Assembly: GCA_965235115.1 (NCBI GenBank)
Contig: OZ249436.1
Coordinates: 33,046,001-33,110,000, forward strand
Reading direction: 5' to 3'
Length of the DNA: 64,000 nt
Source: Laetmonice hystrix
Lineage: Eukaryota
Part shown: in pieces, positions 61,301 through 64,000 of the stretch
Layout of the letters: the number at the start of each line of letters is the position of its first letter
Numbering within the stretch: position 1 is the first letter of the stretch
The notes under the pieces: model-generated
Database searches by the model: none
What the model was told of the DNA's origin: nothing
The model's input: the letters and a program-made list of their open reading frames with translations, nothing else
Translations under genes and position numbers: made by a program

Positions 61301-63680
61301 GCGTTCGTCTGGGTGAATGAAAAGGGGCAATGCAAAAGGTGAAAAAGATAATTATCATTTTGCTAGATCAGCCCCGAGGTGTCTGTTCGTATAATGGACA
61401 CTGGTTTGCTGTGGGACAGCAGGTGCCATGGCTGGTATTGGCCAGGAAAGGACAACCAACAACCAATGGAACGTTGAACCCCACCTGGGTCAGGCCTCTG
61501 GTTGTGACCCTGTCAGGCATTGGTTATGTCATGACATATGAACTGACAGCACTGATTACACCCCGTCACATCCTCTCTCTCACCTTCCTGCTCCCAGATG
61601 GCCCAGAACTCTCTGTCATTTCCTCATCAACTACTTAGCAGAATTTTCACCGTGTGACTGTTGCACAATGGCGCAGATGCTGTGAAATTTCCAGTCACGC
61701 CATGAAAACAGTTCTTGTTAATTTCCACTCCATGTGAAATTAACTCAAATTGACGCATTACTAGGTTGTGGCCTTTTCACCAGGAACACATCCAATGTCT
61801 TTCAAGCAGCACATTTCAAAGTTCCAAAACGTACTATTAAAGAGACAAAAGTTCCAGGATTGCATTATTTGGACTAAAATCTTGTTTAATCTAGCTGCGA
61901 GTTATGTCTTCCCTGAAAATACCAGGATCATTACCAACTGGAAAGATCACGTTTCATGGTGTCAAAGAGATCCAAGCCGAAATCCAGGGTTCGCGTCTAA
62001 TTATACCTAGACAAAAGGGCACTGCTAATAAACATTGCATGACATTCCCCATCACAGCAAATGCCTGTTTGTATAGTTTGAGTAAAAGTGGAGTCAAGGT
62101 CTTTGCCAGTTGTGTCCTTCATCTTGGTTAATAACAAAGCCAATCTGCCTGGTCTAGCCTCATTAGGGTCGGGGATCAAATGCTATTCACTAACGTACAA
62201 ATAAATGTGAAACTCTGCTTTGACCTTCCTTTAAGCGGTGCTGGGGATAGGAGGCATGCTTCCATCTAGTCTACCTTCCAGGCAGGTGAGGTCAGTGTCC
62301 ATGCAGAGGTCTGTGGCCACACAAGAGGACCGGTAAGCGACCGGGGGGGGGGCCTCCTGTGTTAGGCGGGGAGGGGGAGAGGTTGACCTACCTGCCAGAC
62401 GGGGGGCTCGTCGTAGGGCGAGTCGCTGCCGTAGACGGAGATGGCCCACTGTCCGTGCTTGACGCTGGCACAATGTTGGAAGGTGACGACCACCGGCTTC
62501 TTGAGCGCGACTGTAGGTGGCCCGACCAGGATCACCGGACCCAGGACGGTCTGCATCTCTGTAAACGGTATAATCAGTGGGTCAATGGGTGAGGATGGAG
62601 CTTGGAGCCGTTTCTGATACGTTTAACTATTCTATAGGGGGCAAACTACAGACGCCCTATACTGTGTCAAGTAGACCCTTTATCGATCAAACTTCTCAAA
62701 AAGAGAAGGATATCGTGTCCCGGTGTGATGATTTGCCTATAATCAAATCAACACCATTACCAAAATCTACACTACCATTGTTACAGGTGTTAATATGCTG
62801 TCTATTACTATATTCAATCAAACTAATTTATTTTACATCCGTTGTTCCCTTGACCTACAACTATAGGTACCCATATAATCATAGCACTTTCCACCATCCC
62901 TTTCCCCCCATCCATTTAGAAATATTTCTTTTTTTTTGCGTTTTCAATGGATATGAATCTACCGTAGAATTCGCCGGATGATTCAATTCAGAACAATTCA
63001 CAATACTTTGGTTTTGGTACGTTAATACTCTGACCCCCACTCCCTCCCTGGTGGACGCGCAGTTCAAAGTGTTGGTCGATTAGACAGGAGAACTGAAGAA
63101 ATAGCCTTTCATCTGTGAAATCTAGTCTGACAGTCAGAACACCCAGCCACCTTTACAGAGTCCCTTACACAAACTCCCCCATGCCCACGGGGGTCTGTTT
63201 CCCTCCCAGCACATCGTAAAATCCACACCTGTTCCTTTGCGCAAGCATTTGATGCTATCAATAATATATTCACCCAATCCCTTGTGTTCAGATGTTCCCA
63301 TTTTCTCACTTTGATGCTGAATGACGATTGTGATGAATAATACCATCACCACAATCAACACTACACCAACACATAACTTGCAAAAAAAAATAAAAAAAAC
63401 ATTCAATGAAATGTTCATTGAATAAAATTTCATAGACTGAAAGGATGGACGTCCAAGAGCGAATGGTCATTATGCAGATTTTACGATTTTTAAAAGGTCC
63501 CTCCCCCCCTTCTATCTTTTTCCCGCCACTTTCATATGCACTAGGGGACCTTTTGTCGTATACTGGTGCCGAACTTACCTGTAAGTTTTGGTCTATCCTT
63601 GTCGTCCCGGCAGACGGCCAGAAATATTTCCTCCGTCGTACCTTTCTTGATGGCACCTTCGGGAATAGTTACACTGACAC
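46340..63680 (-). CDS. UNC5: Netrin receptor UNC5, 3' portion (ZU5, UPA and death domains); 5' exons lie beyond the window
   Basis: 8 phase-compatible exons: 63579-63680, 62392-62558, 59273-59509, 56340-56486, 51945-52115, 47001-47119, 46706-46807, 46340-46511. Motifs: [11 protein letters not shown]; [23 protein letters not shown]; ETINTPVY; [10 protein letters not shown]; [20 protein letters not shown]; [49 protein letters not shown]. Confidence 0.94.
47368..47522. mobile_element. 155-bp MITE with CAGTGACGTAGCCA termini
   Basis: Perfect 14-bp TIR (47368-47381 / 47509-47522); flanks tcgtt / tcgct (4/5, possible 5-bp TSD). Confidence 0.8.
47752..48863. repeat. GC-rich 70-bp tandem array, about 16 copies, in a UNC5 intron
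   Basis: Unit gtcggcttgctgggactctggcccggggtgatgggacacaccatcctgtcc(a/c)ccagctgacgactggcc(a/g). Confidence 0.97.
49158..49850. repeat. 130-bp tandem array, 5 copies, one with an internal 43-bp duplication
   Basis: actgtgagt(c/g)gttgttatagtggaggtctgctcgcg... starts at 49158, 49288, 49461, 49591 and 49721. Confidence 0.93.
52165..52667. repeat. 55/57-bp tandem array, about 9 copies, ending ~50 nt from a UNC5 splice acceptor
   Basis: Unit gacagataggtgaataccaaatattctacgtaataaatgtgtgaaggttcactgt (e.g. 52220, 52275). Confidence 0.93.
53786..54061. repeat. 138-bp direct tandem duplication
   Basis: cagacgtgtttgaatccggtgggctct...gaacgagtcagtactcaac..ttttact begins at 53794 and again at 53932. Confidence 0.9.
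56695..56736. repeat. (TGAA)n microsatellite
   Basis: About 10 tandem tgaa units. Confidence 0.9.
60059..60112. repeat. (GGCCA)n-like pentamer microsatellite
   Basis: ...aagccaggccaggccaggccaggccaagccaagcc. Confidence 0.7.
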
Positions 63681-64000
63681 CTGGAACACACCAAGACAGT
63701 CTTCTATCAGTACTCCGTGATGAGGCATTCAATGAGAACATTGACATGAGGTACTGCATCCCGACTGTGATGAAGCATTTAATCACTTCATTTATATGAG
63801 GCACACACACAATACATCTGACCACTGTCACTGCACAGAAATATCTAATGGAATGCAGTCATAAAGCGAGCATACGTTAACTTTAACAACGTAAAACATA
63901 AGTGCCTATCATTTCAACCGTAGATTTATCTATCCGTTCTCAATCGTCCCACTTGGGAGGAGTATTCCACCTAATAAACAGCCTAACTGCCTGTAAATTT

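Overview
Eukaryotic, intron-rich genomic DNA with GT-AG introns, many G/C homopolymer runs and frequent TAGGCCTA palindromes. By inference it comes from a marine invertebrate deuterostome (echinoderm-like); nothing prokaryotic and no CRISPR is supported. Three multi-exon genes, all on the minus strand, were assembled by hand with consistent intron phases. (1) A 13-coding-exon, about 1215-aa fusion of a catalase-related (allene oxide synthase-like) domain, a PLAT domain and a lipoxygenase domain (20628-27309). (2) GHITM/MICS1 (38389-40840, 334 aa). (3) The ZU5-UPA-death-domain 3' half of a UNC5 netrin receptor (46340-63680), whose upstream exons lie beyond the window. There are also four long intronless orphan ORFs encoding low-complexity proteins, three TTAA-flanked Kolobok-like DNA elements (one with a frameshifted THAP relic), several MITEs, a foldback element and many tandem arrays. 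The most interesting signal is the AOS-LOX fusion. Its heme-pocket residues are partly replaced, the canonical C-terminal Ile iron ligand is replaced by a spliced 100-aa tail, and the LOX domain carries a poly-His/PKA-site/calmodulin-binding-like insert. This suggests a pseudoenzyme or regulatory version of the coral-type enzyme. All alignments were done by eye from remembered reference sequences and need computational confirmation.
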